A model generated the notes under the pieces. It made no database searches. It was not told where the DNA came from and worked only from the letters and a program-made list of their open reading frames with translations. A stretch of DNA of 64,000 nucleotides from Octopus vulgaris (lineage: Eukaryota). The stretch covers positions 170,128,001 through 170,192,000 of the forward strand of contig OX597817.1 of NCBI GenBank assembly GCA_951406725.2. The letters are read 5' to 3'. Of this stretch, positions 40,300 through 54,231 are shown piece after piece. Position 1 is the first letter of the stretch. Each line of letters begins with the position of its first letter. The translations under genes were made by a program, and so were the position numbers.

Positions 40300-42060
40300 G
40301 TTCTCCAGCAGTGTCTCCTCACTATTTGTTGCAGTCTTTTGTGGGTACACCATATGGAATTTCAGCTTATTCTTGTCTTGCATCTCAAGTATGACCATTT
40401 CCTGATAGCACTTATAATCATATATTCTTTTCAACAAACAAAATCATTAATCGTAGTTAAATCTACTTCAGAGTTTCTTCATTCTAGACTTTGCTTCCAT
40501 GTCTGGCATTTTCTCTCAAAGTCTTCAACAAATTCACCTGAGAACTATATCATCTAAATATAAGACAGAATCAGCTGAGAACTATGTTTTTGGCATATGA
40601 GTTCTGATGGGCAGACAATCTAAATCTTCACTCTATTGGGTAGGAGGACTACAATAAACAGAAGGCTGGTGATGAAGTCCTAGTGGACCCCTACATGCAT
40701 GCTAAATTCATCACTGAGCTCATAGCTAACTCCCATCTTACTGACCGTACCACAGTTTGCATGGCTTTCATAAAGCATTTGTCTATCCCTATGTTTCTTA
40801 ATGGCCACCACACTACAAAACATGGAATCCTCCAGGTCAATGAATGCTAAATGTAGTCCCCCTAAGTACTCAGTTATATGCTGTGCTGGTATGAACCCAA
40901 ACAGCATCTTATCTAGACCAATATTTTTTACAAATAAACGTGCTTCAACTGTTTCAATAGCTAGCATAACCTGCCCCTGTTAATAGGATTCCTTGGGAGG
41001 TGCAATGGCCCAGTGGTTAGGGCAGCAGACTCGCGGTCATAGGATCACGGTTTCGATTCCCAGACCGGGCGTTGTGAGTGTTTATTGAGTGAAAACACCT
41101 AAAAGCTCCATGAGGCTCCGGCAGGGGATGGTGGTGATCCCTGCTGTACTCTTTCACCACAACTTTCTCTCACTCTTACTTCCTGTTTCTGTTGTACCTG
41201 TATTTCAAGGGACCGGCCTTGTCACTCTCTGTGTCACGTTGAATATCCCCGAGAACTACGTTAAGGGTGCACGTGTCTGTGGAGTGCTCAGCCACTTACA
41301 CGTTAATTTCACGAGCAGGCTGTTCCGTTGATTCGGATCAACCGGAACCCTCATCGTCGTAACCGACGGAGTGCTTCCATTCCAATATGATTCCTCTAAA
41401 GTTGCCTATCTCTAGAACATTTCCCTTGCTCTTATAACACTTGATGATTTTGCTCCCACCGGTCATTGGGTATGGCACTGCCCTGTTCTACCCGGTTCAT
41501 TACGCAAGTTACTTAACGCATGGCCTACTTCTCCAGATATAGTGAGCATTCAGCGACTATATCTGATTATCCAACTGCATTCATATCTTTAATTATATTT
41601 ACAACTATATAGTAGCCAATTTTGAGACCCGATTTCTCTGTTGAGCCTACTTAGTGTAAACAAAAATTCTCTCAAGCAACCCCTTCACTCAACGACCTTT
41701 TGTAGTAGTATTGCTATACCTCTTCCTTTACAGCATCATTGATAGCATCTTCACTTCTATCACTCTAAATGCACTTCTAAGACATCTCCATTTTTTCTGG
41801 TACATTTCTTTGAAATCTAGAATAACTCATGTTTCTTATCCTTTCATGGTAATACATGAACATATTTTTAACTTTTGGCTTCTCCACTTACTAAGTACAA
41901 CTAGTGCCAAACTACTTGTTCTTTACCTTTCCCTAGTTTTTACAGGCTTATTTAGTATACCAACAAGGCACCTATCTGACTGGAACCTTGCACCAACCAC
42001 AGACTTGGGTCTGTTGCTTGCAACAGTTGTCTCATAGAAACTCCAAATCATCCCCTATGT
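40300..42060 (-). mobile_element. Degenerate RTE LINE interrupted by a family D SINE
   Basis: RT motifs FGFIPA..LHLAFIDLE..SDEFSMHVGVH (ORF 40680..40967). Confidence 0.75.
40999..41385 (+). mobile_element. tRNA-derived SINE family D
   Basis: A box TGGCCCAGTGG and B box GGTTTCGATTCCC; near-identical to 47306-47687. Confidence 0.92.
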
Positions 42061-42471
42061 TATAAGTCTTTACCTGCTTCCTCCCTCTTGTCACATATAC
42101 TGTACTTCTTTGAACCAAAAACTTGTTGAAGGACCTTTCAGTTCTCTATCTTCCTTCTCACGGTAGTTTTGTATTTCTGAGTACCTTAAGCTCTTACTCT
42201 GATGTCCGGCCCCTCCCTTTGGTGCTTCTACAAAGAAATTTTGAAAAGTTCCCCAAGTTCTGAAAAAAATCGATAAATTCGACATGGGGTCGAGAATCTC
42301 AGCTTTTTATATGCAACACATTTTCTGTTGTAGTTTTCGCAACTTGCAATCAATTTTCACGAAACTCATGGTGAAGCTTAATGTTACCCTAAGAAACTTA
42401 ATTCTGATGTTAGTTTTCAATGCAATACCTTACCATCAGAAAAAATCGATAAAATCATGCCATTTTGGGAA

Positions 42472-42800
42472 ATAAGGTGGTTCGGTCATGCGGCCCAGTG
42501 TCCAGAGGGTGAGCTGATTCACGATGTCCTCCTCCCACCTCCACTTCCCAGCTGGCACAAACGCATGGGTGGACAGCTGAAGACCTGGGCAATGACGATA
42601 AAGGAGGACCTCTCCGAACTCTCAGGTCCGCAAGTAGTCGGTCTGCGCAGATGGAACCGAGAATGGCTCACTATCTCCAGTGACCTCGCACGGGACCGTC
42701 GAGCGTGGGTCGCCATGGTTTGTGATGCCGTTAGGACTAGAGAAGAAGCCGGCTCAACTCGCCCTTGGTGAACGCCATCACAAGTACAAGTAAAGTAAGT
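42472..42800 (+). mobile_element. GC-rich RTE LINE 3' end
   Basis: RWFGHAAQCPEGELI..GGQLKTW..LARDRRAW, followed by a CAAGTA/AAGTA repeat tail. Confidence 0.88.
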
Positions 42801-42823
42801 TACTCTAATGTCATTGATCACTT

Positions 42824-42897
42824 ATGAATGTAGAGTCGTACATGAATGTAGAGTCGTACATGAATGTAGAGTCGTACATGAATGTAGAGTCGTACAT
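42824..42897. repeat. Four perfect tandem copies of 18-bp ATGAATGTAGAGTCGTAC
   Basis: Directly visible; no spacers. Confidence 0.95.
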
Positions 42898-43302
42898 TTT
42901 GCACTAGGCAAAAATGCAGCATTCACATCTGTCTATCCCATGTGTACAGTTCATTCTGGCTCACAGATTTCCTGACGTTAGTGTTACAAATTGTTAGGTC
43001 ATTTGTATCACGGAACTCCAGGAGCAGATACATCATTGTGTGGAAAGCAGAATCAGAAGAGCATTGGATAAAATACCTTATGGTACTCAGTTACATCTCT
43101 AACATTCCTTCATCCAAGATTAATAAGTATTAGCCAAACTGAAAAAAAAAATAATCATAATAAATCTACATTTCTCACTTGCAATCAATAACTTGATAGC
43201 ATGTACCATCCTTTTGCTAATTGTTTGAAATGCCTATACAATGACAAGCTGACACATTAACACTTCTGCTCCTCCTATTCAGGAAAACAGCAAGGATGTG
43301 AG

Positions 43303-43344
<42 letters not shown>

Positions 43345-43391
43345 TGTGTAGGAGCTGCCCCATCACTGAGCAGGTATTATATTTTTATGAA

Positions 43392-43621
43392 GGCGGCGAG
43401 CTGGCAGAAACGTTAGCACGCCGGGCGAAATGCTTAGCGGTATTTCGTCTGCCGTTACGTTGTGAGTTCAAATTCCGCCGAGGTTGACTTTGCCTTTCAT
43501 CCTTTCGGGGTCGATAAATTAAGTACCAGTTCCGCACTGGGGTCGATGTAATCGACTTAATACCTATGTCTGTCCTTGTTTGTCCCCTCTAAGTCTAGCC
43601 CCTTGTGGGTAATAAAGAAAT
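43392..43621 (+). mobile_element. SINE family B, young copy
   Basis: TSD AGGTATTATATTTTT. Confidence 0.93.
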
Positions 43622-43809
43622 AGGTATTATATTTTTAAAATTGACCTCTATGGGAAGTGAACTTTGAGCTGAGGGAGCTAGAACAAATGTTGCAACACAT
43701 TTTGTCTGATGCTTGAATGATTACCAGTCAAAGTAATGGGCTCAATATAATTTACGAAGCCCTTGAAACAGGTGTCCTATAAAAGTTGTAGTTCAATGAT
43801 CGAAACTAG

Positions 43810-44432
43810 TTATATACATATATATATATGTGTACATATACATACAGTATGTATATGTGCATATACATATATACATATATATACATATACATACATATAC
43901 ATACAGTATGTATATGTGCATATACATATATACATATATATACATATACATACATATACAAATATATATGTACATATACATATATATACATATATATACA
44001 TATACATACATATACAAATATATATATGTACATATACATATATATATATGTACATATACATATATATATATGTACATATACATATATATATATGTACATA
44101 TACATATATATATACATATATACATATATATACATATATACATATATATACATATACATACATATACAAATATATATATGTACATATACATATATACATA
44201 TATATACATACATATACAAATATATATATGTACATATACATATTATATATGTTTACATATACATACTTATACAAATATATATGTACATATACATATTATA
44301 TATGTTTACATATACATACTTATACAAATATATATGTACATATACATTATGTATGTATGGATATACATACATACATACATACATACATACGTACATACAT
44401 ACATACCTACATACATACATACATACACAAAT
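43810..44432. repeat. ~620 bp complex (TA/CA/TACA) satellite
   Basis: Directly visible; source of the Y/I/H/T ORFs. Confidence 0.97.
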
Positions 44433-46533
44433 ATACAAAGGAATCCTGTAGAACAGTGACTCACGTGGCACTTATATGTGAGAGCTAGAAAAGGCGAGGA
44501 AAGAAAGGAGAGCAACGCACTGAAGTGTGTAATAGTTTTGAGTGATTACTGAATCTTACATTATGAAAGATAAATGTTCAATTTTTGAGATGAATAAAAG
44601 CTTTAAAAATAATGAAAGCTATCATTAATACCAGGATTATATATTTCTTGTATCTTGTCTCTTCAAGTTATCAAGTCATTATTAACTGGTTGTTAAGAAT
44701 CAAAGGAAAAGAATATAAAGAGAGATGTTAAAATGTGGGATCAATAAACTCATTTGATGTGCACATATGAGTCTGTCTATCATTCCCTCTCCACACTCTG
44801 GCCAGCACCCTACCTTTCTCTAACTCTTTTCCGCTCTACCTTTCTGTTTTTTAATTAGCTCTCTCTCCTTCTCTCTCTCTCTCTCTCCTTCTCTCTCTCT
44901 CTCTCCTTCTCTCTCTCTCTCTCTCTCTCTGTTGGTATGTATAGGAGAAACATGCAAGAAAACTATTACTAGCTGGTAAGTTGTTTTATTTGATCATAAT
45001 ACTACATAGTTAACCTTTCAAAATATGAAACTTAAAATATTTTAAGATACAGGGTCCCACAAGGAAGCCTGACAATTTTAAAACAGTGGTAATTTGACTG
45101 ATGGAAATGAGGGGAAGTTGAGCAGCACATATTCAGTGATGTTGAGTATAAGTACTGGGCTTACAAAGAATAAGTCCCGGGGTCGATTTGCTCGACTAAA
45201 GGCGGTGCTCCAGCATGGCCCCAGTCAAATGACTGAAACAAGTAAATGTGATTTTGTGATTTTGTTAGCTATGAAGCAGTGGATGCACAAAATAGCTCTT
45301 TTGCAATCAATATCTATTTTAAAAAATCATGATTGTGTTACTCAAATGAAGTGAAATTTTCACTGGTATCTTATTGTGGATAATCACTGAAAAGTGTCTA
45401 ACTAGATTTCTATATTGTTATGAGCAGAAAACTTCAGGTTGGCCAGTTCCGTATTGAAAAAGAAAATATGGAGTGTGTTTGAAGTGTCCAAATACTGGAG
45501 ATTATTGAGGCATCATTGTTCTGTATCAAACCATTGCGCTACACTAAGCATTTCAGATCAATGAGCAAAATATATTGCACCATTTTTACAATTTTAATCC
45601 TTATAAGACTGCGACTGCATGAAATATAGCAATGAGATAGGAAATCTGGAAAACACTAGCAAAAAATATGCTTGCAACGTGACCAGATAACTTCTTTTTT
45701 TACTTCATGGATGACAGAGTGTGTTCCCATCTATTTTATTATGTAAATAAGTGAAACTTCCACTACTGAATGGACAGCAAACAACAACAACTTCATGGAC
45801 AGTTCCTTCACTGCTTACATGCAACAGTGAGGAGCTTTGTAGCAAATTTTGGTGTGAGAGATCCATATTTCTGTAAAAAAAGGGCAGATATTTCTTAACA
45901 GAAAATGCTGATGGCTTTGTGATCATGTTGCGTAAATTCCTGTATTCATTTCTTTGCCTGACCCTGTAGCAATGGGGATAAATAGATCGAATGGGTGGGA
46001 AGATGTGAAAGGCAATAAAACAAAGGAAAAGCAGAGAGCGAGGTAAATAAAGAAGCTGTTAGAAGAGACAGGGTGAGCGGAGAACAAGCTGGGAAATTAA
46101 GAGAGAGGAACAGAGGGAGAACTGGTGTAAGAGAATGAAAGAGTAAAGGTGAGAGGAGAGAAAGTATCAATACAAGAGAGATAAAATAGTTACAAAACAG
46201 GTAGCATTCATTGTGTCTAATAGCATTATATATATTCATTCATCATTGTTTAACGTCCGTTTTCTATGCTAGCATGGTTTGGACGTATATATATATATAC
46301 GGAGTGGTTGGCGTTAGGAAGGGCATCCAGCCGTAGAAACACTGCCAGATCTGACTGGGCCTGACGAAGCCTTCCAGCTTCACAGACCCCAGTTGACCCG
46401 TCCAACCCATGCTAGCATGGAAAACGGACGCTAAACGATGATGATGATGATGATGATGATATTGTCAGTGGATCATATATCCCAAAAACAAGCACACTCT
46501 AAAAGTTAGAACAGTAATGTATTTACATTACTG

Positions 46534-46778
46534 TAAGAAGTTAATTATATGGCCAGCCACACAGTGACCAATGATTTCACATCCATGAACCGCTTAGCCT
46601 TATAGATGACTTATCAGACTCCGATAGCTGAGGACATACAACCTCTCTTCAAATGTCCAGTTTGAAGAGAGGTTATAAGTTCACGGCCATCAGAGTCTGA
46701 CATATCATCTATAAAGCTAAATGCTTTATGGATGCAAAACCATTGGTCACTATGACTGGCCATATAATTAACTTCCTG
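46534..46778. mobile_element. Foldback/MITE-like ~245 bp imperfect palindrome
   Basis: Arms of ~120 bp around a TGTCCAG loop at 46654-46660. Confidence 0.8.
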
Positions 46779-46794
46779 TAAATATATATATATA

Positions 46795-47167
46795 TTCAAC
46801 AGTAATACATAGAACTCAACTCTGTCAGTCATGAATGACCATGGGTGCACTTAAGAGGTTCCCCTCCAGGGTACAAGTCTGGGCAGAAAGTCGCCTCACC
46901 AGCGAATGCACAACCTAGGGTTGCTTTTATGGAAGACTAGCAGTCGCCCACGCATACCAGCCTCCTCTCTCCACACCACTGATGTTATCCAAAGAAAAGG
47001 CAAAGGCCGATACAGCTTAGCACTAGTGATGTCACAATTCATATCTACAGCTGAGTGAACTGGAACAACATGAAGTAAAGTGTCTTGCTCAAAAACACAA
47101 CATGCAGCCCAGTTCGGGAATCAAACTCACAACTTTACGATCATAATCTCAACACTCTAACCACTGA
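46795..47167 (-). mobile_element. tRNA-derived SINE related to family E
   Basis: Minus-strand head CAGTGGTTAGAGTG..GAGTTTGATTCCC and TGTGTTTTTGAGCAAGACACTT core. Confidence 0.75.
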
Positions 47168-47305
47168 AAGTATTACAGTGTTACTGCACAAATTATAAGT
47201 GTGACCCACAATTGAGTTTCAATTATACCTTAATAATCTCAAAAATGCTGTACTGTTATTTCAGTCCTGTAGAGACACTCAATAATAAAACATCAGTGAG
47301 TGACA

Positions 47306-47687
47306 GGCGCAATGGCCCAGTGGTTAGGGCAGCGGACTCGCGGTCGTAGGATCGCGGTTTCGATTCCCAGACCGGGCGTTGTGAGTGTTTATTGAGCGAA
47401 AACACCTAAAGCTCCACGAGGCTCCGGCAGGGGGGATGGTGGTGATCCCTGCTGTACTCTTTCACCACAACTTTCTCTCACTCTTACTTCCTGTTTCTGT
47501 TGTACCTGTATTTCAAAGGGCCAGCCTTGTCACTCTCTGTGTCACGCTGAATATCCCCGAGAACTGCGTTAAGGGTACACGTGTCTGTGGAGTGCTCAGC
47601 CACTTACACGTTAATTTCACGAGCAGGCTGTTCCGTTGATCGGATCAACCGGAACCCTCGTCGTCGTAACCGACGGAGTGCTTCCAC
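47306..47687 (+). mobile_element. tRNA-derived SINE family D, young copy
   Basis: Perfect 12-bp TSD CAGTGAGTGACA (47294-47305 and 47688-47699). Confidence 0.95.
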
Positions 47688-48128
47688 CAGTGAGTGACAA
47701 AACTATTTATAAATAATTTTTTGATCATCACTTGTGCAAAAGAATAGAAAAAAAAGTCTTGTATGATTTTTATATTGGAGAAAAAAATGTCACATTGTGT
47801 GGGCAAGTAAAAGCGTTATAACAATAATGTATAATGCATAGAGGAGGAGAGGTGTTATAATGGTATTATATAACCTGTGGAGGAGTAGAGATGTTCCTAC
47901 AATACTGTACAGTGTGCCAACGTTTTGTAACAATATTTAATATCGTGAGCCATAGTAAATCTTGTAACAGTACTGTACAATATGTAGAGCCATAAAGATG
48001 TTGTAATAACATTCTAAAGCATGAAAAGTAGTAAACACTTCAAAATGTAACAATACTATAAAATATGTACAAGAGTAAATGAAAGTGTTCTAATAATATG
48101 TATAGTGTGAACAGAAGTAGAGATGTAA

Positions 48129-48787
48129 GGCAGCGAGCTGGCAAGGCGGCAAGCTGGCAGAAACGTTAGCACGCCGGGTGAAATGCTTAGCGGTATTTCG
48201 TCTGGCTTAACGTTCTGAGTTCAAATTCCGCTGAGGTCGACTTTGCCTTTCATCCTTTCGGGGTCAATAAATTAACTACCAGTTAGGCGCAGGAGTGGCT
48301 GTGTGGTAAGTAGCTTGCTAACCAACCACATGGTTCCAGGTTCAGTCCCACTGAGTGGCACCTTGGGCAAGTGTCTTCTGCTATAGCCCCGGGCCGACCA
48401 ATGCCTTGTGAGTGGATTTGGTAGACGGAAACTGAAAGAAGCCCGTCGTATATATGTATATATATATGTGTGTGTGTGCGTGTATGTTTGTGTGTCTGTG
48501 TTTGTCCCCCTAGCATTGCTTGACAACCGATGCTGGTGTGTTTACGTCCCCGTTACTTAGCGGTTCGGCAAAAGAGACTGATAGAATAAGTACTGGGCTT
48601 ACAAAAGAATAAGTCCCGGGGTTGAGTTGCTCGATTAAAGGCGGTGCTCCAGCATGGCTGCAGTCAAATGACTGAAACAAGTAAAAGAGTAAAGAGTAAA
48701 GAGAGGGTTGAGGTAATCAACTTAATCTCTTTGTCTGTCCTTGTTTGTCCCCTCTATGTTTAGCCCCTTGTGGGTAATAAAGAAATA
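48129..48787 (+). mobile_element. SINE family B with a family A SINE (48286-48700) nested inside
   Basis: Family B halves flank a full-length family A copy. Confidence 0.92.
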
Positions 48788-49696
48788 AGGAGTAGAGATG
48801 TTGTAACAATACTGTACAGTGTGCAGAGTGGTCAGTATTTTGACAGAACTGCACAGTGTTTAACAATGTTGTTAGGATATTGTACAATGTGTAGAGGAGC
48901 AGAAGCATGTGAAAACTATTGTACAATGTGTAGGAATAACAGAATTATGTTATATAAAGCAGTGCTCCACAACTGGTATGTGGTTGTTGTTGTTGTTGTT
49001 AAGCAGCAAGACGGGTAAGGGTGATTAGGGGATGGTCTAGGGCTTAGGGGCGGGAGACCCAAGACCTTGGAAAAAAAAACAATTTTGGTCGTCTTGTTGT
49101 AGTCGAGGGCTCTTCGTCGACACCTGACACCACTGGGAGGTGGCCTTCGAAGTCACTGGAAATGGAGATCTCCAGGTCCAAATTCTTGAACGGCCAACTG
49201 GTATGCTGCAGCATACTGGTGTGCCACGAGACGATGCTAGGTGTGCCGCAGTGTAACTTGAATATAATTTTTTTTTTCCTAGTTTTAGTTCAAGTGTGCC
49301 ACTGAATTTTGAAAAGAATATAAGTGTACTGCAAGTGGAAAATGGTTGCAAAGCACTGGTATAAAAGTTTGATGAGTAGGAACATTGTAACAATGTGCAG
49401 AGGTGTAGAAGTGTTGTAACAAAACTGTATAGTGTGTACATGGCTTGTAACAAAAGTATTTAATGTGTTGATTTGTAATATTGGGTAACGTGTAAAGAAG
49501 AAGTAGGTAATGTAACAATATCGTACAGGGTATAGAAGAGTGGTAGTTTGTAAGAATAGTAGACAGTGTGAAGAACAACAGTAGAAGAGTAATGACAATG
49601 AGGTGTGTAGAGAAGTAGAAGTTGTAACAGTGTACGGCATGTATAGGAATAGGCATTGTAGTATAGTGAACACCATGTAGTGGTATACAGAAACAA

Positions 49697-49925
49697 GGCG
49701 GCGAGCTGGCCGAAACGTTAGCACGCCGGGCGAAATGCGTAGCCGTATTTCGTCTGCCATTACGTTCTGAGTTCAAATTCCGTCGAGGTCGACTTTGCCT
49801 TTCATCCTTTTGAGGTCAATAAAATTAGTACCAGTTACACGCTGGGGTCGATATAACCGACTTAATCCGTTTGTCTGTCCTTGTTTGTCCCCTCTGTGTT
49901 TAGCCCCTTGTGGGTAATAAAGAAA
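49697..49925 (+). mobile_element. SINE family B
   Basis: TSD GGTA(T/C)ACAGAAACA. Confidence 0.92.
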
Positions 49926-50649
49926 CAGGTACACAGAAACAAAGGTGTAATGATACTGTATAGTTTGCAGAGGTGATGAAGTGTTGTGACAATACTGTAC
50001 AGTGTGTAGAGAGCTACTGAGTTATAAAACCCATCATACTGCTTCAATAACATCATTTCATTAACATCAATGTAAATATAACACAACCACTTCCTAAATA
50101 GAACAGTTATTAAATTGATAATATCTATTTCAGGAGACATTATGATATTCCTAATAATAAAATCTATTTAAAAGTGAACATAATTTAGTACATTTAAATA
50201 GGGGGTTCTGCAATAGTACATTTTTCATGGCGGTTTGATCACTAAACCCAAAGTGTAAAGAAATTAATTGAGAATAAAGTATAATTTAATATCATACTCA
50301 TCATCATCACTTTACATCCATTTTTCATTCTGACATAAAGGGATTGATTTAAATTCAACAAATTATTAAACCTATCTTTAATGTATTTTGAGAAAAGGGA
50401 AGGTGATGCTTTTGATGTCCATGCCGTATTGAAGACATTAATGATATAGAATATTGAAAGGTATTCTTCTGACAAGGTGCTAAATCATCTGCAGAAAATT
50501 TAATTGATATGAAAGAATAGGAGAATGAAATAGAAAAGATATAACATCTTTACATAGAAATTGCCAAAATGGTTGATGCCCTTTGTTATATTACACCATG
50601 TTAATTACGACACCTTATACTGTCATTCCAGCTTAATTAGTAAAGTAAT

Positions 50650-51273
50650 TACTCTCTTTTACTTGTTTCAGTCATTTGACTGGGGCCATGCTGAATCACC
50701 GCCTTTAGTCAAGCAAATCGACCCCGGGACTTATTCTTTGTAAGCCCAGTACTTATTCTATCGGTCTCTCTTGCCGAACCGCTAAGTGACGGGGACGTAA
50801 ACACACCAGCATCGGTTGTCAAGCAATGCTAGGGGGAAAAACACAGACACACAAACACACACACACATACATATAATCGAAGGAGAGGGGCTTTCTCCGT
50901 CCGGATTGCGGATCCGTGGAACAAGCTGCCAGACGAGATGGTGAAGATGTCAACGACCGCTTTGTTCAAAGTCTCCCTTGACCTCAAGTGGCCTGAACTC
51001 TTTACATGAACACCACCCTGTACATAACTCCATGTCCGCCTACATGGCCTTGCTTTTTGCTTTTTGAGCCAAAAAAGTAACTAACTAACATATATATATA
51101 TATATATACATACATACGACAGGCTTCTTTCAGTTTCCGTCAACCAAATCCACTCACAAGGCATTGGTTGGCCCGGGGCTATAGCAGAAGACACTTGCCC
51201 AAGATGCCATGCAATGGGACTGAACCCGGAACCATGTGGTTGGTTAGCAAGCTACTTACCACACAGCCACTCC
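50650..51273 (-). mobile_element. SINE family A interrupted by a CR1 3' fragment (50877-51089, + strand)
   Basis: The insert is the same CR1 family as 161-692, with a CTAA tail. Confidence 0.9.
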
Positions 51274-52011
51274 TGATAACTTTACAAATAAGACATCATT
51301 ACACAACCTGGTGTTTTCTTTTGTTTTCTATCAAAAACAAACTTCAATCAAGATGACAGATAGGAAACTACAGAAATACACACTCCCTACATTAAATGAC
51401 ATGGCAGAAAATCTTTTTAAGAAAATGCTAGAATGTCTAGTTTTAATGTTTTATATCTACAAAACATTAGATTAATAGAAAACTAAAACACAGTGCAATT
51501 AGCAATGCATCATCAGTGCAAACTAATTACTTTCTCATATTATTTCTAAACTGTAAAAGTATAATTTAGGTCAATGTCAATATGTATAGCTGCAAGAAAT
51601 GATAGGGGAAAGCTGGTGTCAGCTATTGGTAACAGGTGGACTTTACTTTCTAAAGATAACTTCAGTTTGATAGATAACTATCATTCAGATATGTTTTCAA
51701 ACAAAGTGTTATTGAATATACATTTCAATAGTAAGAAACTCTCAAGAGAACTGCACAGCAGAGGGTCTTCAGAGAACACACTGCCCCCTCAAGCAAGTGT
51801 TTTAACTGTTAACTTCCTACAGTCTAAGGGAGCTGGGCTGCACCCATGTCATGATTCCTGGGCACTCTTCTGCTGACACTTCTTAGCTGCTTGGATATCA
51901 GAGACTCATGCATTTAAACTGCTTGGTTTCATCCAGCAGGAGCTCCTCTTTGTTGACTCGGCTTTCAAACTTATATAAAAAAAAATGGCTTTAACAAATA
52001 CCTGACATATC

Positions 52012-52429
52012 TCTTTACTCTTTTACACTTTTACTTGTTTCAGTCATTTGACTGCGGCCATTCTGGAGCACCACCTTTAGTCGAGCAAATCGACCCCCAG
52101 GACTTATTCTTTTTGTAAGCCTAGTACTTATTCTATGAGCCTCTTTTGCCGAGCCGCTAAGTTACGGGGACGTAAACACACCAGCATCGGTTGTCAAGCG
52201 ATGCTAGGGGGACAAACACAGACACATAAACATATACACACACACTTATATATATATACATATATACGACAGGCTTCTTTCAGTTTCCGTCTACCAAATC
52301 CACTCACAAGGCATTGGTTGGCCCGGGGCTATAGCAGAAGACACTTGCCCAAGATGCCACGCAGTGGGACTGAACCCAGAACCATGCGGTTGGTAAGCAA
52401 GCTACTTACCACACAGCCACTCCTGTGCC
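52012..52429 (-). mobile_element. SINE family A
   Basis: Full-length match. Confidence 0.93.
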
Positions 52430-54012
52430 TTTTTTTTAATGTATTTTTTTTTTTTAGAAACAAAATACAACAAACTAATGACTTTTTAATTCCTATATTA
52501 ACAAGATGTCATTACAAAAAGACACAATTTTCTGAATAACAATAAATCATCAACAACTTGCCATGTGGTTCAGAAATTTGCTAGGCAACCACATACTTCA
52601 GAATTCAGTCTCACTGCACAGCACTTTGGACAAGCATGTTCTACTGCACCTCCCTGGTAGAATGTGGCAGACAGGAACTGGGCAAAAGCTCATTGAATGT
52701 ATTTGCTTGTGTGTGAGTGTACACACACATACATACACACCTTCTGCTTAGTTTATAAATATATATATATATTGTTTATGAGCATTTGATTTTTTCCTTC
52801 CCAAAGGGTCTTTTGGCTCAATGTTTACACATTATTATTTATAGCTTAATCTATTTTGAGTTTCACCATTAAATAAAAATGCAATAGTTTATCAAATATA
52901 TATACACACACGCACACATAAACCAAACATATACTGATACAAATACACACAAACATGCACACACTTCCATGTGTATATGTATCTTTTGCTGATATACATT
53001 GGCAATCAATATAAACATCAGCAAGTCCCTTGAGATAATAGTTCTGTATCACATTAGACTCCCTTGTCACTGTCCAACAGAAATGCTGTGAATCAGTGAT
53101 TGGCCAAGGACCAACAGCACAATCATTCACAAATTGTGATAAATAAATGGTAATAAATCAATATTTTTGACAAACACAATTCCCTCCTGTCATGTCATAT
53201 CAGAATGTCGATAGTTTATTTGTTCTTCAGTCACTGTTCCTTGAAATTCATTTGAGGTCAATTAAAACTCATCTAAGATAATTCTCAGTTAAAGAAACAA
53301 AAGAAATGCTCATTCAAAGGGGAAAAAATTACATTTATAGGATATTACCTTTTGATATATGAATGATTGCAGAGATAAAGAGATAAGACAAATAATTGTC
53401 TTTATTAACAGATATCTATGAAGAAAAATAAAGGCAATTACATTGCACTATCAATCAAGTTCGATAATATTAATTTAGGGAGACAGAATATAGTGGAATA
53501 TTTCATCAGTTGTATATATTAAGAGTATACACTCTAATATAAATACGAAAGTAAGTTGTTAATAATAAACAAAATATATTAGATCATGACTCGCTCTCGT
53601 ATTATTCACAGAGACGGCTTTTGCTATATCATATTTTATACCTCCAAGGTAAAACACCAAAATGTGCACAAGAAAAATAATTAAATATTTTGTGAGTTGT
53701 TATCATCACCATCACTACCATATGCACAAGAAACTACTACAATACCATTCACCATCTTGAAATTAATCTAATATTTCAGCTTTACAATTCAAGAAGTTAT
53801 GAAGTTCTTCAAGAGTTTTAACCTCATTCACATATAGTTTATTTCAAGAAAGATTTCTGCCAAGGTTTTCAAAATAACTACCAAATAGAAAATGACATGT
53901 TAAAACAAACTGTATCACTGTGCATATGTGATGCAAGTTAAGAGAAATGCTTGAAAAAAGCAAAACTGAGAATGCTCCTGGCAGAGAAAAACTAAGGAAT
54001 TAAGTGGTGAGG

Positions 54013-54143
54013 ATGGTTCCGGGTTCAGTCCCACTGTATGGCACCTTGGGCAAGTGTCTTCTGCTATAGCCTCGGGCTGACCAAAGCCTTGTGAGTGGAT
54101 TTGGTAGACAGAAACTGAAAGAAGCCCGTCGTATATATGTATG

Positions 54144-54231
<88 letters not shown>

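Larger units (their letters stand above)
47780..50030. repeat. Degenerate ~38-bp minisatellite (GTAGAGATGTTGTAACAATACTGTACAGTGTG-like) broken by SINE, LINE and hAT-like insertions
   Basis: Recurring TTGTAACAATA(C)TGTACA units at 47880-48120, 48790-48935, 49380-49690 and 49940-50015. Confidence 0.75.

Noticed and set aside
42824-42897. CRISPR-like repeat
   Set aside because: Head-to-tail 18-mers without spacers, in eukaryotic DNA.
43763-44515. Long ORFs of 130-240 aa (also 19051-19571 and 1876-2172)
   Set aside because: Translations of simple repeats.
46614-46850. ORF as a CATSPERE exon (ITSLQT..RGC)
   Set aside because: It lies within the foldback palindrome, so it is repeat-derived.
47306-47378. 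tRNA gene (also at 40999 and the family A/B heads)
   Set aside because: The tRNA-like heads continue into SINE bodies with tails and TSDs.
51574-51876. 100-aa plus-strand ORF as a gene
   Set aside because: No recognisable family; it is the antisense of a CATSPERE-like exon remnant.
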